A stretch of DNA of 64,000 bases from Eledone cirrhosa (taxonomy: Eukaryota): positions 3,782,001 to 3,846,000 of the forward strand of contig OZ024755.1 in the NCBI GenBank assembly GCA_964016885.1. The letters are read 5' to 3'. A program made the translations under genes and the position numbers. This document shows, one piece after another, positions 40,011 through 53,700 of the stretch (positions are counted from its first letter, which is position 1; each line of letters starts with the position of its first letter). Under the pieces are notes generated by a model. It made no database searches. It saw only the letters and a list, made by a program, of their open reading frames with translations, and was not told the DNA's origin.

Positions 40011-40735
40011 CACACCTGTATGTCTATCCGCCTGTACATATACATACTACAGAATAAACAGCTTTATATTTACACTGTTCACTCAATGGCTTGTAATCTT
40101 AATTGCTTAAATGCGCATGTGTTATTTTGCTATTAAGAAGCACAGCTTCTTAAGATTGATGTAAAAGCATTAGTTACATACGCAAGTGCCACAGTAATTA
40201 CAGGTATAAATCTAAAGTTATTGCCCTGGTCGAGTGTCTTCAGGTTTCTTGATGTGAACATTGACAGAGCAACTCATATTAACTACTTTACACAGATTTC
40301 TCCTTGCTCTAGATATAGCAACTGACAGTAATTGCAGTTATTTTCTGCGCTTCAGCATCCTACGACTTATAAATTTATTTCCTCAGTGCTTCGTAAGTTT
40401 GAAAATTCGAACTTTTCACTCGACGTTTGTTTATATTTTCAAAAGCTGTTTGATTCAACTCTTTAATTTAGAGGTTAAGATGTAAATTTATCATATATTT
40501 CGACTATATGAGAAATATTTCTTATAAGGACACTAATCCCGCTTCAAATTACACAGTAAATATTTCTAACATTAGCAGAAATTTATAAATTATGTGTGAT
40601 ACTAAAAATTGATATGTACTTTATTTTATCGACCCGGAGATTTGAAATCAGAACTTAAAGGTATGTGACTAAATAGGGTGAAACATTTTCTGTTCCAACG
40701 ATTGCAGGCATTATATATACATATATACATTTATA

Positions 40736-40785
<50 letters not shown>

Positions 40786-41409
40786 ATTTAAATAATATTG
40801 CAATCTGTACCAGAAAACCGTACCTTAATTTTGTAATATGTTTCATATGTTCATAAAATGTAATTATAATGAAATCATTTTCTATTGATGGAAGGCAAAC
40901 GGGATTTTAGCACAATGAGGTAGATTTTAAAGAAAAAATAAAACCTCTCTCATTATTTAGAGAGTTCAGTATTTTACATTCATATTTTAGTTTTGATTTT
41001 CTTTGACGAACGAGGACACCCTCTTATCCTTTAATGTTCTTGTGCCATTGTATTGGAAGGACAGTGAGATTCGGTTTAAGAGGAAGCTAAAAATGGCTCT
41101 TATCGCTTTCTAGATATTAATATAAAAATGATAGTATTTAAACGAAAGCTAATGGCTTATCGTTAAAACCAATAGAAGGATATTTGTGTATATACATCTA
41201 ACAGTATTAATGCACCCGTCTTTGCATATACATATATGTATATAATATGCATGAATATCTTGCTCATAATTACACACGCACTCTGTCACACCTACACATA
41301 TACCTACTTGCAAATATGTACTCGTTCACACACGCACACTTATAAGTATGTATATAATCATTTATATATGCATTGAATAAATAAATAAATGATATATATA
41401 TATATATAA

Positions 41410-41453
<44 letters not shown>

Positions 41454-42190
41454 GTGTGTGTATTGAATATATAATTACACCCCCCAAATATATATATATA
41501 TATATAAAATTACAGGTGAAGAGTTAGGCTGTGTGGTTACTGAAAACGAAGGGTTAGAAGGTAAACGGGACGTAAAGAGAAGAAAAGTATCCCTTCATCA
41601 GCTGTTTATTACAGATCATAAATATTTCGGCGCTTAAAACAGAACATCGATCTGTAGCGCGCCCATGGCCTTTTATACATCAAAAGGCCATGGGGGGAAA
41701 GAAGTGATAGTGAAGAAAGAGGAAGAAGGAAAAAGGAAAAGAGGAAAAAACGAAGTAAACATACAGATATAAGTTGGGACACAGGACAATGGCACATGTA
41801 TGTAAAGAAACCGAAGAGAAAGTGGAATAAGTTATAGTACGCCGATAGGTATAAGCTCGTTGGTGGTGATGGCAGCGGAGAGAGATGGATATAGACGGTG
41901 GTTTCTTATTTAGGCACAGTATACTCAGCTGAAAATGAGTAACAACACCAGCTGGGTGTTTAACCCTGCGTTAGACTGGTGTCCTGTCCAGTGAGGAATC
42001 TTCTACTTTCAGTCGCTTCATGCCACAGAAACTGGGATAAACATCTGATGAACCACCAAGCTCGAGACGGTAAAATCAGCCTTATTTTGATGTTATATTT
42101 TCTGAAATAATATCTCCATAATTGTGATTATGAAACATTTAAAGATATTACTTACAATTAATTACAGTACGCATTTTCATATCAGAATAC

Positions 42191-42324
42191 ACGGCCCTTT
42201 ACGGTCTGAGTTCAAATCCCGCCGAGGTTAACTTTGCCTTTCATCCTTACGGGGTCGATAAAATAAAGTACCAGTAATGCACTGGGTAATTGCTGGCCTT
42301 GTGCCAAAAGTAGAAACAATTATT
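42191..42324 (+). mobile_element. SINE-A, 5'-truncated
   Basis: Family match. Confidence 0.92.
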
Positions 42325-42572
42325 ACACTATAGATAATCGACAGCCAATGAATCTGTATCGGCCTAGAAAACAAGGTCGATTAATATGTAATCAGTGATC
42401 GGCAAAATTGCTTATCGATGCATCCCTATATATATATATCGATAGTCGATCGACAAGATCCCAGACCTCATTCACTTAACAGGTAGGGTGGAGCTCGTCA
42501 AATTGGACCGAGGAAACAATGTTTCCATTAGCCCTTACAATTGCTAATACCATCTGGCGGTCGCAAATCCAG

Positions 42573-42626
<54 letters not shown>

Positions 42627-42801
42627 TATAGGGTGTCCCCCCCCCAAAAAAAAAAATGTATACACACTTCAACAGCATTCTAATAAATATTGCCTGTACA
42701 GGTAATCGAAGTATGCATGCATTTTTTGGGGACAGCCTCTGCGTTTATATATACATAGCTATCGAAATGGCTGGAGCTCAGCCGTCAGTCCTGACTCTTT
42801 T

Positions 42802-42834
<33 letters not shown>

Positions 42835-42839
<5 letters not shown>

Positions 42840-43012
42840 AAAAAGTATGACCCCGACGGCAGAGCTCAAGGTGCGTCAAGAAATAGTCGTCGAAACGGCT
42901 TGAGCTCTGCCGTCGGGTCATACTTTTTCCTATTTCCCACTCTACTACCCTAAGTATTGAGTACTCTGGTGCGTTATGGTCCATCTGGTCCCTTACCACA
43001 ATTCCTTTGTTA
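42835..43012 (+). mobile_element. PLE-type terminus, family C, with ~36-bp fold-back (variant fragment at 42760-42805)
   Basis: Arms 42835-42870/42899-42933; between (TA)n tracts. Confidence 0.7.
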
Positions 43013-43624
43013 TATATATATATATAGTGTGTGTGTATTAGTGCGCACAATCGCGTGTGTGAATACATTTAAAGTTCACTGAAAAATACATGATTCATTT
43101 AATCTAATAATATACTTAATAATAAATGGATATGGAAAATACAGTTGAATATTCAGTTTATTCTACATTTAAATACCAATACTTTACACACATATATACA
43201 CACACATATACACACAACAATGTGTATGTATGAATGTGTGTATATGTGTGTATGTGTGTGTGTATGTGTAATGGAATGAAAACCAGCACTCCTCGTTTTG
43301 TTTTATATTTAATATTTTCCAGTATTTTATGATTTTATATTGTATTTTTTAAACCGTTATCTGTTATAAGTTTTCAGTCGAGTAACGTCACATTTATTGT
43401 TCTGGTGGATTAACTATTGCTTCTCTAGGATTAATATTAATATTAATGAGATCAAATATAGTCAGATTAGTGTGAAGAAGATTAAACTATTAAGAAAACT
43501 AAAATTCTGTTAGAATGATATTGTTATATATTACTATGTGAAGCAATTCAAGAGATTTTATATGAATTATCAGTGAAGGTGGATTCAAGAGAACGAATAA
43601 TTAACACTAAATGTCTAAAGGCTG

Positions 43625-44045
43625 TCTCGAGCGTGAAGTGATCTAGAGTACAAGATTCTTCCCTGCACAGGACGCCAGTCTATCGCAGAGTTAAAGTCAG
43701 CCTGGAGGCGTGAAGTGACCTATAGTACAAGATTCCCCCCTGGGCAGGACGCCAGTCTATCGCAGAGTTAAAGTCTGTCTGGAGCCTGGAGGCGTGAAGT
43801 GACCTATAGTACAAGATTCTCCCCTGGACAGGACCCAGTCCATTGCAGAGTTAAAGTCTGCCTCGTACCCACCGGCGTGAAGTGACCTATAGTACAAGAT
43901 TCTCCCCTGGACAGGACGCCAGTCCATCGCAGAGTTAAAGTCTCTCTCGAGCTCAGAGACTCATCCGGTCGATGCTCATCTCCGTTTCTATGGAGTGAAG
44001 CGACTAGGAGTAAAAGACTCCTCCTGGATAGGACTCCAGTCCATA
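43625..44045. repeat. Tandem array (~5 copies, 65-80 bp) derived from SINE-B tail type 3
   Basis: gcgtgaagtgac.ta.agtacaagatt...caggacgccagtc.atcgcag matches 23865-23925 and 62130-62190. Confidence 0.8.
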
Positions 44046-44277
44046 GAGGGATACTTTAGAGAATATATATACTGTATATAATGTTAAGTAAAAGACTGAC
44101 TGGAACCAGAAGGCTCAGCAGAACAGTACTTATCCTGGTTTATTATGGTCAAACGGTGAGTCTTGTTAATCTGGAGTTTCACCTGTGAACTAGGTAGTAA
44201 GATAGAATAGATACAGGCGAGAGAGAGGTAGAGAGAGAGGGGAAGGGAGAAAAAGATATATATATATATATATATAT

Positions 44278-44432
44278 TGTTTCCATAGGAAAGGTAAAGG
44301 AAAGGAGAGTGCTCTATGTAGGCTACAGAGCTATTTAGTTATGTAATAAACAACATAAGACAATTATTCCATTTCGTCTGTCTTCGTGAAACCTTTGGTA
44401 AATGGAATAATTGTCTTATGTTGTTTATTACA

Positions 44433-44438
<6 letters not shown>
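44278..44438. mobile_element. PLE-type terminus, family B, with 39-bp fold-back
   Basis: Arms 44336-44374/44400-44438 enclosing cgtctgtcttcgtGAAACCtttGGT; between (TA)n tracts. Confidence 0.7.
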
Positions 44439-44481
<43 letters not shown>

Positions 44482-44944
44482 ATACTTGGGGAGGGTCATA
44501 TTGTTGTAATAATATTGCCAGAAATAATAACAGAACAAACTCTCTGTTTTCTGTTATATATGGAACTATTCTCACAAACATTCGCTAATACTAACTTTCA
44601 TTCATAGTAACACTGCGTAAGAAAGCTTGCTACGTAGAAGTCAATTGAATACTTTCTGTGTGTCTTATTACAGATAAAAGCAAATTGGTAGTTAGGTAGA
44701 GTATACTTTAGGTGAGAGCTAAATGATCGTATCTGAAACTTTCTATTAGTAACTGGAGATATTTGAACTGATGTTTCTCTGTTTGTATTCTTATCTTGTC
44801 ACCCATGAGTAATGTCTGATTGCATCATAAATACAGAAAAAAAAGTTGATATATTTTCATGATATAAACATATCGTTGTCAGTCTGTAGAACCCCATAAC
44901 ATAGTACCATCCAGTAATGTCTCATTCTTATCTAGAAAACAGCA

Positions 44945-45325
44945 AGGCGGAGGATTGGCACTAGAATCGGTAGAGTGTCGGACACAATGCTATACAACAT
45001 AGTTTTATATTCTGAGAGCCGCTGTAAGAAATTATTTTACGGGATTAATGTCCATTGCAGAGCTTCCGTTTTAGGATTGGAGGGGCTTAAGTATATATAC
45101 TATACATGTGTATTATTGTCAGTATGGGAAGAGCGACGGAGAAAAAGCTTTGCGGCATATTGTTACTGCCCTTTACGTTCTGAGTTCAAATCCCACCGTG
45201 TTAGCTTTACCTTTCATCTTTTCGAGGTCGATAATAAAATAAAGTACCAGTAATGCACTGGTTCGTTTTAATTGATTTACCTCCTCCCCCAAGTTTTTGG
45301 CCTTGTGCCTAAATCAGAAACCATT
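44945..45325 (+). mobile_element. Older SINE-A-related copy, interrupted
   Basis: Head ggcggaggattggca...cggtagagtgtcggac; body 45175-45325. Confidence 0.7.
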
Positions 45326-45595
45326 CTTATCTGCAAAACAGCAGACTCACAGGTATTGCAACATACAAAACAGCAGACTCCAGGTATTGCAACATACAAA
45401 ACTGTGGCAATCAAGGAACAAAAAGAAAAGAAAATAGACAAAATTGCGATAAGTATCCAGTTAAATGCAATGTTTTTGTAAAAGCACAATTCTTATAAGT
45501 ACAATCTCTACCTACCTACACATCGCTCTCTCTCTCTCTCTTTCTCTCCCTCTCTTTCTCTCTCGTTCTCTCCCTCCCTCTCTCTCGCTCGCTCC

Positions 45596-45629
<34 letters not shown>

Positions 45630-45976
45630 GCCTCTCCCTCTCGCTCTCTCTATCTCTCTCTCACACACACACACACATATTGTAGTGCACCTGAGCACGG
45701 TACACAATAATTTCCTTATATTATAAATATATACTAATAGTAATTATAAGAGTTCCAGACAGAAAATAACTGTAAACACAGTCGATTGCTATAAATAAAA
45801 ACTAAGAACAATTATAGGGATTAAAATCCACCGTAGGCAGAAAAAAAGGGGGCTAGCAGCCGCTGCTAAGAATCGAACTCCGTATTCCGGCTGTTTGACA
45901 CCCCCCGCGCTCTCTCTCCCACCTCACTTTCTCTTGCTCGCTCTCGCTCTCGCTCTCTCTCTCTCTCTAACTCTCT

Positions 45977-46011
<35 letters not shown>

Positions 46012-46140
46012 ACTCTCTCCTCCCCTATAACACTCTCACTCTCTCGCTAACTCTCTCTCTTTCTCCGCTCTCTCTCTAACTTCCTCTCCCCATAACTCTC
46101 CCCTTCTCTATAACTCCTCCCCCCCCCCCCTTGCTTACTC

Positions 46141-46171
<31 letters not shown>

Positions 46172-46751
46172 CTCCTATATACGTCAATACAGTGACATAG
46201 AAACAACCAGCCTATGTATATAGAAACGAATTTATTTTTTTTTCCCGCCAATTATATAATATGGAAGACAAACAGCAATAATAGAATCACCATATCTAAA
46301 ATTAACTGTTAATGTTTTTTATGTTTATTGATGAGAATAGTAATATTATTATTGGCAGTTAGTACTTCATATCTCCTTAGAATTATGTTGATAGACACAC
46401 ACTCGCTTACACAAGCTTACATACGTGTACACACGGATACACACTCGCTTACACAAGCTTACATACGCGTACACACGGATACACACTCGCTTACACAAGC
46501 TTACATACGCGTACACACGTATACAAGCGAACCTTCATATTATCTCTCACACACACACACACGTATAGTGACATATATTATTTACTCAAACATGAAAATA
46601 AATAATTCCCATAAGCATCCACACACATGTATATATACACCATACATACACATGTATATATACACCATACATACACATGTATATACACACCATACATACA
46701 CATGTACATACATTATATAAACATGTCTCTTCTATTTTATTTGAACAAATA

Positions 46752-46944
46752 TAATTGTTTCTACGTTAGGCACAAGGCCAGCAATTACCCAGTGGTAATT
46801 ACTGGTACTTTATTTTATCGACCCCGTAAGGATGAAAGGCAAAGTTAACCTCGGCGGGATTTGAACTCAGAATGGCAAGGGCCGTAACTCTATGCGTCAA
46901 AGCATGGCGTCCGACGCTCTAGCGATACTGCCAATCCACTGCCT
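46752..46944 (-). mobile_element. SINE-A, full length with 16-bp TSD
   Basis: tttgaacaaatataat at 46740-46755 and 46945-46960. Confidence 0.93.
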
Positions 46945-47149
46945 TTTGAACAAATATAATGATAGCTATAATTGAATTAACTTTGAATTTCGTATTGAGT
47001 ACTTTCATAAACTACGGACATTTAGTTAGAATATCTCAGGAAAGAATTTCTGGACAGATTTTACAGAGAAAACCAACCGGCAGGAGACCCAGAGGTAGAC
47101 CCTGAGCAAGATGGTGGGATAACATCCATGGGCTTGTTTGGTCTCTCTC

Positions 47150-47543
47150 TCTATATATATATATATATTACATATATATATGTAATATATATATGTAATA
47201 TATATATGTAATATATATATGTAATATATATATGTAATATATATATGTAATATATATATGTAATATATATATATAATATATATATATAATATATATATAT
47301 AATATATATATGTAATATATATATATGTAATATATATATGTAATATATATATATGTAATATATATATATGTAATATATATATATGTAATATATATATATG
47401 TAATATATATATGTAATATATATATGTAATATATATATATGTAATATATATATATGTAATATATATATATGTAATATATATATATGTAATATATATATAT
47501 GTAATATATATATATGTAATATATATATGTAATATATATATGT
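47150..47543. repeat. (TA)-derived 13/15-bp tandem repeat (atatatatatgta)
   Basis: Direct inspection; runs into the gap. Confidence 0.95.
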
Positions 47544-47743
47544 NNNNNNNNNNNNNNNNNNNNNNNNNNNNNNNNNNNNNNNNNNNNNNNNNNNNNNNNN
47601 NNNNNNNNNNNNNNNNNNNNNNNNNNNNNNNNNNNNNNNNNNNNNNNNNNNNNNNNNNNNNNNNNNNNNNNNNNNNNNNNNNNNNNNNNNNNNNNNNNNN
47701 NNNNNNNNNNNNNNNNNNNNNNNNNNNNNNNNNNNNNNNNNNN
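47544..47743. other. Assembly gap (200 N)
   Basis: Run of N. Confidence 1.
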
Positions 47744-50700
47744 AGGACATTGGCAGTACCAGTAGTTAAGTTAAGCAGAGGACATTGGCAGTACCAGTAG
47801 TTAAGTTAAGCAGAAGACATTGGCAGTACCAGTAGTTAAGTTAAGCAGAGGACATTGGCAGTACCAGTAGTTAACGTTAAGCAGAAGACATTGGCAGTAC
47901 CAGTAGTTAAGTTAAGCAGAGGACATTGGCAGTACCAGTAGTTAAGTTAAGCAGAGGACATTGGCAGTACCAGTAGTTAAGTTAAGCAGAAGGACATTGG
48001 CAGTACCAGTAGTTAAGTTAAGCAGAGGACATTGGCAGTACCAGTAGTTAAGTTAAGCAGAGGACATTGGCAGTACCAGTAGTTAAGTTAAGCAGAGGAC
48101 ATTGGCAGTACCTAGTAGTTAAGTTAAGCAGAGGACATTGGCAGTACCAGTAGTTAAGTTAAGCAGAGGACATTGGCAGTACCAGTAGTTAAGTTAAGCA
48201 GAAGACATTGGCAGTACCAGTAGTTAAGTTAAGCAGAGGACATTGGCAGTACCAGTAGTTAACTTAAGCAGAAGACATTGGCAGTACCAGTAGTTAAGTT
48301 AAGCAGAGGACATTGGCAGTACCAGTAGTTAAGTTAAGCAGAGGACATTGGCAGTACCAGTAGTTAACGTTAAGCAGAAGGACATTGGCAGTACCAGTAG
48401 TTAAGTTAAGCAGAGGACATTGGCAGTACCAGTAGTTAAGTTAAGCAGAGGACATTGGCAGTACCAGTAGTTAAGTTAAGCAGAGGACATTGGCAGTACC
48501 AGTAGTTAAGTTAAGCAGAGGACATTGGCAGTACCAGTAGTTAAGTTAAGCAGAGGACATTGGCAGTACCAGTAGTTAAGTTAAGCAGAAGACATTGGCA
48601 GTACCAGTAGTTAAGTTAAGCAGAGGACATTGGCAGTACCAGTAGTTAACTTAAGCAGAAGGACATTGGCAGTACCAGTAGTTAAGTTAAGCAGAGGACA
48701 TTGGCAGTACCAGTAGTTAAGTTAAGCAGAGGACATTGGCAGTACCAGTAGTTAAGTTAAGCAGAGGACATTGGCAGTACCAGTAGTTAAGTTAAGCAGA
48801 GGACATTGGCAGTACCAGTAGTTAAGTTAAGCAGAGGACATTGGCAGTACCAGTAGTTAAGTTAAGCAGAAGACATTGGCAGTACCAGTAGTTAAGTTAA
48901 GCAGAGGACATTGGCAGTACCAGTAGTTAAGTTAAGCAGAAGACATTGGCAGTACCAGTAGTTAAGTTAAGCAGAGGACATTGGCAGTACCAGTAGTTAA
49001 GTTAAGCAGAGGACATTGGCAGTACCAGTAGTTAAGTTAAGCAGAGGACATTGGCAGTACCAGTAGTTAAGTTAAGCAGAGGACATTGGCAGTACCAGTA
49101 GTTAAGTTAAGCAGAAGACATTGGCAGTACCAGTAGTTAAGTTAAGCAGAGGACATTGGCAGTACCAGTAGTTAACTTAAGCAGAGGACATTGGCAGTAC
49201 CAGTAGTTAAGTTAAGCAGAGGACATTGGCAGTACCAGTAGTTAAGTTAATAGCAGAGGACATTGGCAGTACCAGTAGTTAAGTTAAGCAGAAGACATTG
49301 GCAGTACCATTAGTTAAGTTAAGCAGAGGACATTGGCAGTACCAGTAGTTAAGTTAAGCAGAGGACATTGGCTAGTACCAGTAGTTAAGTTAAGCAGAGG
49401 ACATTGGCAGTACCAGTAGTTAAGTTAAGCAGAGGACATTGGCAGTACCAGTAGTTAAGTTAAGCAGAGGACATTGGCAGTACCAGTAGTTAAGTTAAGC
49501 AGAGGACATTGGCAGTACCAGTAGTTAACTTAAGCAGAGGACATTGGCAGTACCAGTAGTTAACTTAAGCAGAGGACATTGGCAGTACCAGTAGTTAACT
49601 TAAGCAGAAGACATTGGCAGTACCAGTAGTTAAGTTAAGCAGAGGACATTGGCAGTACCAGTAGTTAACTTAAGCAGAGGACATTGGCAGTACCAGTAGT
49701 TAACTTAAGCAGAAGACATTGGCAGTACCAGTAGTTAAGTTAAGCAGAGGACATTGGCAGTACCAGTAGTTAAGTTAAGCAGAGGACATTGGCAGTACCA
49801 GTAGTTAAGTTAAGCAGAAGACATTGGCAGTACCAGTAGTTAACGTTAAGCAGAGGACATTGGCTAGTACCAGTAGTTAACGTTAAGCAGAAGACATTGG
49901 CAGTACCAGTAGTTAAGTTAAGCAGAGGACATTGGCAGTACCAGTAGTTAAGTTAAGCAGAGGACATTGGCAGTACCAGTAGTTAAGTTAAGCAGAGGAC
50001 ATTGGCAGTACCAGTAGTTAAGTTAAGCAGAGGACATTGGCAGTACCAGTAGTTAAGTTAAGCAGAGGACATTGGCAGTACCAGTAGTTAACTTAAGCAG
50101 AGGACATTGGCAGTACCAGTAGTTAACTTAAGCAGAAGGACATTGGCAGTACCAGTAGTTAAGTTAAGCAGAGGACATTGGCAGTACCAGTAGTTAACTT
50201 AAGCAGAGGACATTGGCAGTACCAGTAGTTAACTTAAGCAGAAGACATTGGCAGTACCAGTAGTTAAGTTAAGCAGAGGACATTGCAGTACCAGTAGTTA
50301 AGTTAAGCAGAGGACATTGGCAGTACCAGTAGTTAAGTTAAGCAGAGGACATTGGCAGTACCAGTAGTTAAGTTAAGCAGAAGACATTGGCAGTACCAGT
50401 AGTTAACTTAAGCAGAGGACATTGGCAGTACCAGTAGTTAACTTAAGCAGAAGACATTGCAGTACCAGTAGTTAAGTTAAGCAGAGGACATTGGCAGTAC
50501 CAGTAGTTAAGTTAAGCAGAGGACATTGGCAGTACCAGTAGTTAAGTTAAGCAGAGGACATTGGCAGTACCAGTAGTTAAGTTAAGCAGAGGACATTGGC
50601 AGTACCAGTAGTTAAGTTAAGCAGAGGACATTGGCAGTACCAGTAGTTAAGTTAAGCAGAGGACATTGGCAGTACCAGTAGTTAAGTTAAGCAGAGGACA

Positions 50701-53700
50701 TTGGCAGTACCAGTAGTTAAGTTAAGCAGAGGACATTGGCAGTACCAGTAGTTAAGTTAAGCAGAAGACATTGGCAGTACCAGTAGTTAAGTTAAGCAGA
50801 AGACATTGGCAGTACCAGTAGTTAAGTTAAGCAGAAGGACATTGGCAAGTACCAGTAGTTAAGTTAAGCAGAGGACATTGGCAGTACCAGTAGTTAACTT
50901 AAGCAGAGGACATTGGCAGTACCAGTAGTTAACTTAAGCAGAGGACATTGGCAGTACCAGTAGTTAAGTTAAGCAGAAGACATTGGCAGTACCAGTAGTT
51001 AAGTTAAGCAGAGGACATTGGCAGTACCAGTAGTTAACTTAAGCAGAGGACATTGGCAGTACCAGTAGTTAACTTAAGCAGAAGGACATTGGCAGTACCA
51101 GTAGTTAAGTTAAGCAGAGGACATTGGCAGTACCAGTAGTTAAGTTAAGCAGAGGACATTGGCAGTACCAGTAGTTAAGTTAAGCAGAAGGACATTGGCA
51201 GTACCAGTAGTTAACTTAAGCAGAGGACATTGGCAGTACCAGTAGTTAACTTAAGCAGAAGACATTGGCAGTACCAGTAGTTAAGTTAAGCAGAGGACAT
51301 TGGCAGTACCAGTAGTTAAGTTAAGCAGAGGACATTGGCAGTACCAGTAGTTAAGTTAAGCAGAGGACATTGGCAGTACCAGTAGTTAAGTTAAGCAGAA
51401 GGCATTGGCAGTACCAGTAGTTAACTTAAGCAGAAGACATTGGCAGTACCAGTAGTTAAGTTAAGCAGAAGACATTGGCAGTACCAGTAGTTAAGTTAAG
51501 CAGAGGACATTGGCAGTACCAGTAGTTAAGTTAAGCAGAGGACATTGGCAGTACCAGTAGTTAAGTTAAGCAGAGACATTGGCAGTACCAGTAGTTAAGT
51601 TAAGCAGAGGACATTGGCAGTACCAGTAGTTAAGTTAAGCAGAAGGACATTGGCAGTACCAGTAGTTAAGTTAAGCAGAAGACATTGGCAGTACCAGTAG
51701 TTAAGTTAAGCAGAGGACATTGGCAGTACCAGTAGTTAAGTTAAGCAGAGGACATTGGCAGTACCAGTAGTTAAGTTAAGCAGAGGACATTGGCAGTACC
51801 AGTAGTTAACTTAAGCAGTAGGACATTGGCAGTACCAGTAGTTAACTTAAGCAGAGGACATTGGCAGTACCAGTAGTTAAGTTAAGCAGAAGGACATTGG
51901 CAGTACCAGTAGTTAACTTAAGCAGAAGACATTGGCAGTACCAGTAGTTAACTTAAGCAGAAGACATTGGCAGTACCAGTAGTTAACTTAAGCAGAGGAC
52001 ATTGGCAGTACCAGTAGTTAACTTAAGCGTAGGACATTGGCAGTACCAGTAGTTAACTTAAGCAGAGGACATTGGCAGTACCAGTAGTTAACTTAAGCAG
52101 AAGACATTGGCAGTACCAGTAGTTAACTTAAGCAGAAGACATTGGCAGTACCAGTAGTTAAGTTAAGCAGAGGACATTGGCAGTACCAGTAGTTAACTTA
52201 AGCAGAGGACATTGGCAGTACCAGTAGTTAACTTAAGCAGAAGACATTGGCAGTACCAGTAGTTAAGTTAAGCAGAAGACATTGGCAGTACCAGTAGTTA
52301 ACTTAAGCAGAAGACATTGGCAGTACCAGTAGTTAAGTTAAGCAGAGGACATTGGCAGTACCAGTAGTTAACTTAAGCAGAAGACATTGGCAGTACCAGT
52401 AGTTAAGTTAAGCAGAAGACATTGGCAGTACCAGTAGTTAACTTAAGCAGAAGACATTGGCAGTACCAGTAGTTAACTTAAGCAGAAGACATTGGCAGTA
52501 CCAGTAGTTAAGTTAAGCAGAAGACATTGGCAGTACCAGTAGTTAACTTAAGCAGAAGACATTGGCAGTACCAGTAGTTAAGTTAAGCAGAAGACATTGG
52601 CAGTACCAGTAGTTAACTTAAGCAGAAGACATTGGCAGTACCAGTAGTTAAGTTAAGCAGAAGACATTGGCTAGTACCAGTAGTTAACTTAAGCAGAAGA
52701 CATTGGCAGTACCAGTAGTTAAGTTAAGCAGAAGACATTGGCAGTACCAGTAGTTAACTTAAGCAGAAGACATTGGCAGTACCAGTAGTTAACTTAAGCC
52801 GTAGGACATTGGCAGTACCAGTAGTTAACTTAAGCAGTAGGACATTGGCAGTACCAGTAGTTAAGTTAAGCAGAGGACATTGGCAGTACCAGTAGTTAAC
52901 TTAAGCAGAAGACATTGGCAGTACCAGTAGTTAAGCTTAAGCAGAAGACATTGGCAGTACCAGTAGTTAAGTTAAGCAGAAGACATTGGCAGTACCAGTA
53001 GTTAAGTTAAGCAGAGGACATTGGCAGTACCAGTAGTTAACTTAAGCAGAAGACATTGGCAGTACCAGTAGTTAAGTTAAGCAGAAGACATTGGCAGTAC
53101 CAGTAGTTAACTTAAGCAGAAGACATTGGCAGTACCAGTAGTTAACTTAAGCAGAAGACATTGGCAGTACCAGTAGTTAAGTTAAGCAGAAGACATTGGC
53201 AGTACCAGTAGTTAACTTAAGCAGAAGACATTGGCAGTACCAGTAGTTAAGCTTAAGCAGAAGACATTGGCAGTACCAGTAGTTAACTTAAGCAGAAGAC
53301 ATTGGCAGTACCAGTAGTTAAGTTAAGCAGAAGACATTGGCAGTACCAGTAGTTAACTTAAGCAGAAGACATTGGCAGTACCAGTAGTTAAGTTAAGCAG
53401 AAGACATTGGCAGTACCAGTAGTTAACTTAAGCAGAAGACATTGGCAGTACCAGTAGTTAACTTAAGCAGAAGACATTGGCAGTACCAGTAGTTAACTTA
53501 AGCAGAAGACATTGGCAGTACCAGTAGTTAAGTTAAGCAGAAGACATTGGCAGTACCAGTAGTTAAGTTAAGCAGAAGACATTGGCAGTACCAGTAGTTA
53601 AGTTAAGCAGAAGACATTGGCAGTACCAGTAGTTAACTTAAGCAGAAGACATTGGCAGTACCAGTAGTTAAGTTAAGCAGAAGACATTGGCAGTACCAGT

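Noticed and set aside
42040-42070. CTGATGA as a hammerhead core
   Set aside because: Part of SINE-B tail 3; no GAAA or matching stems
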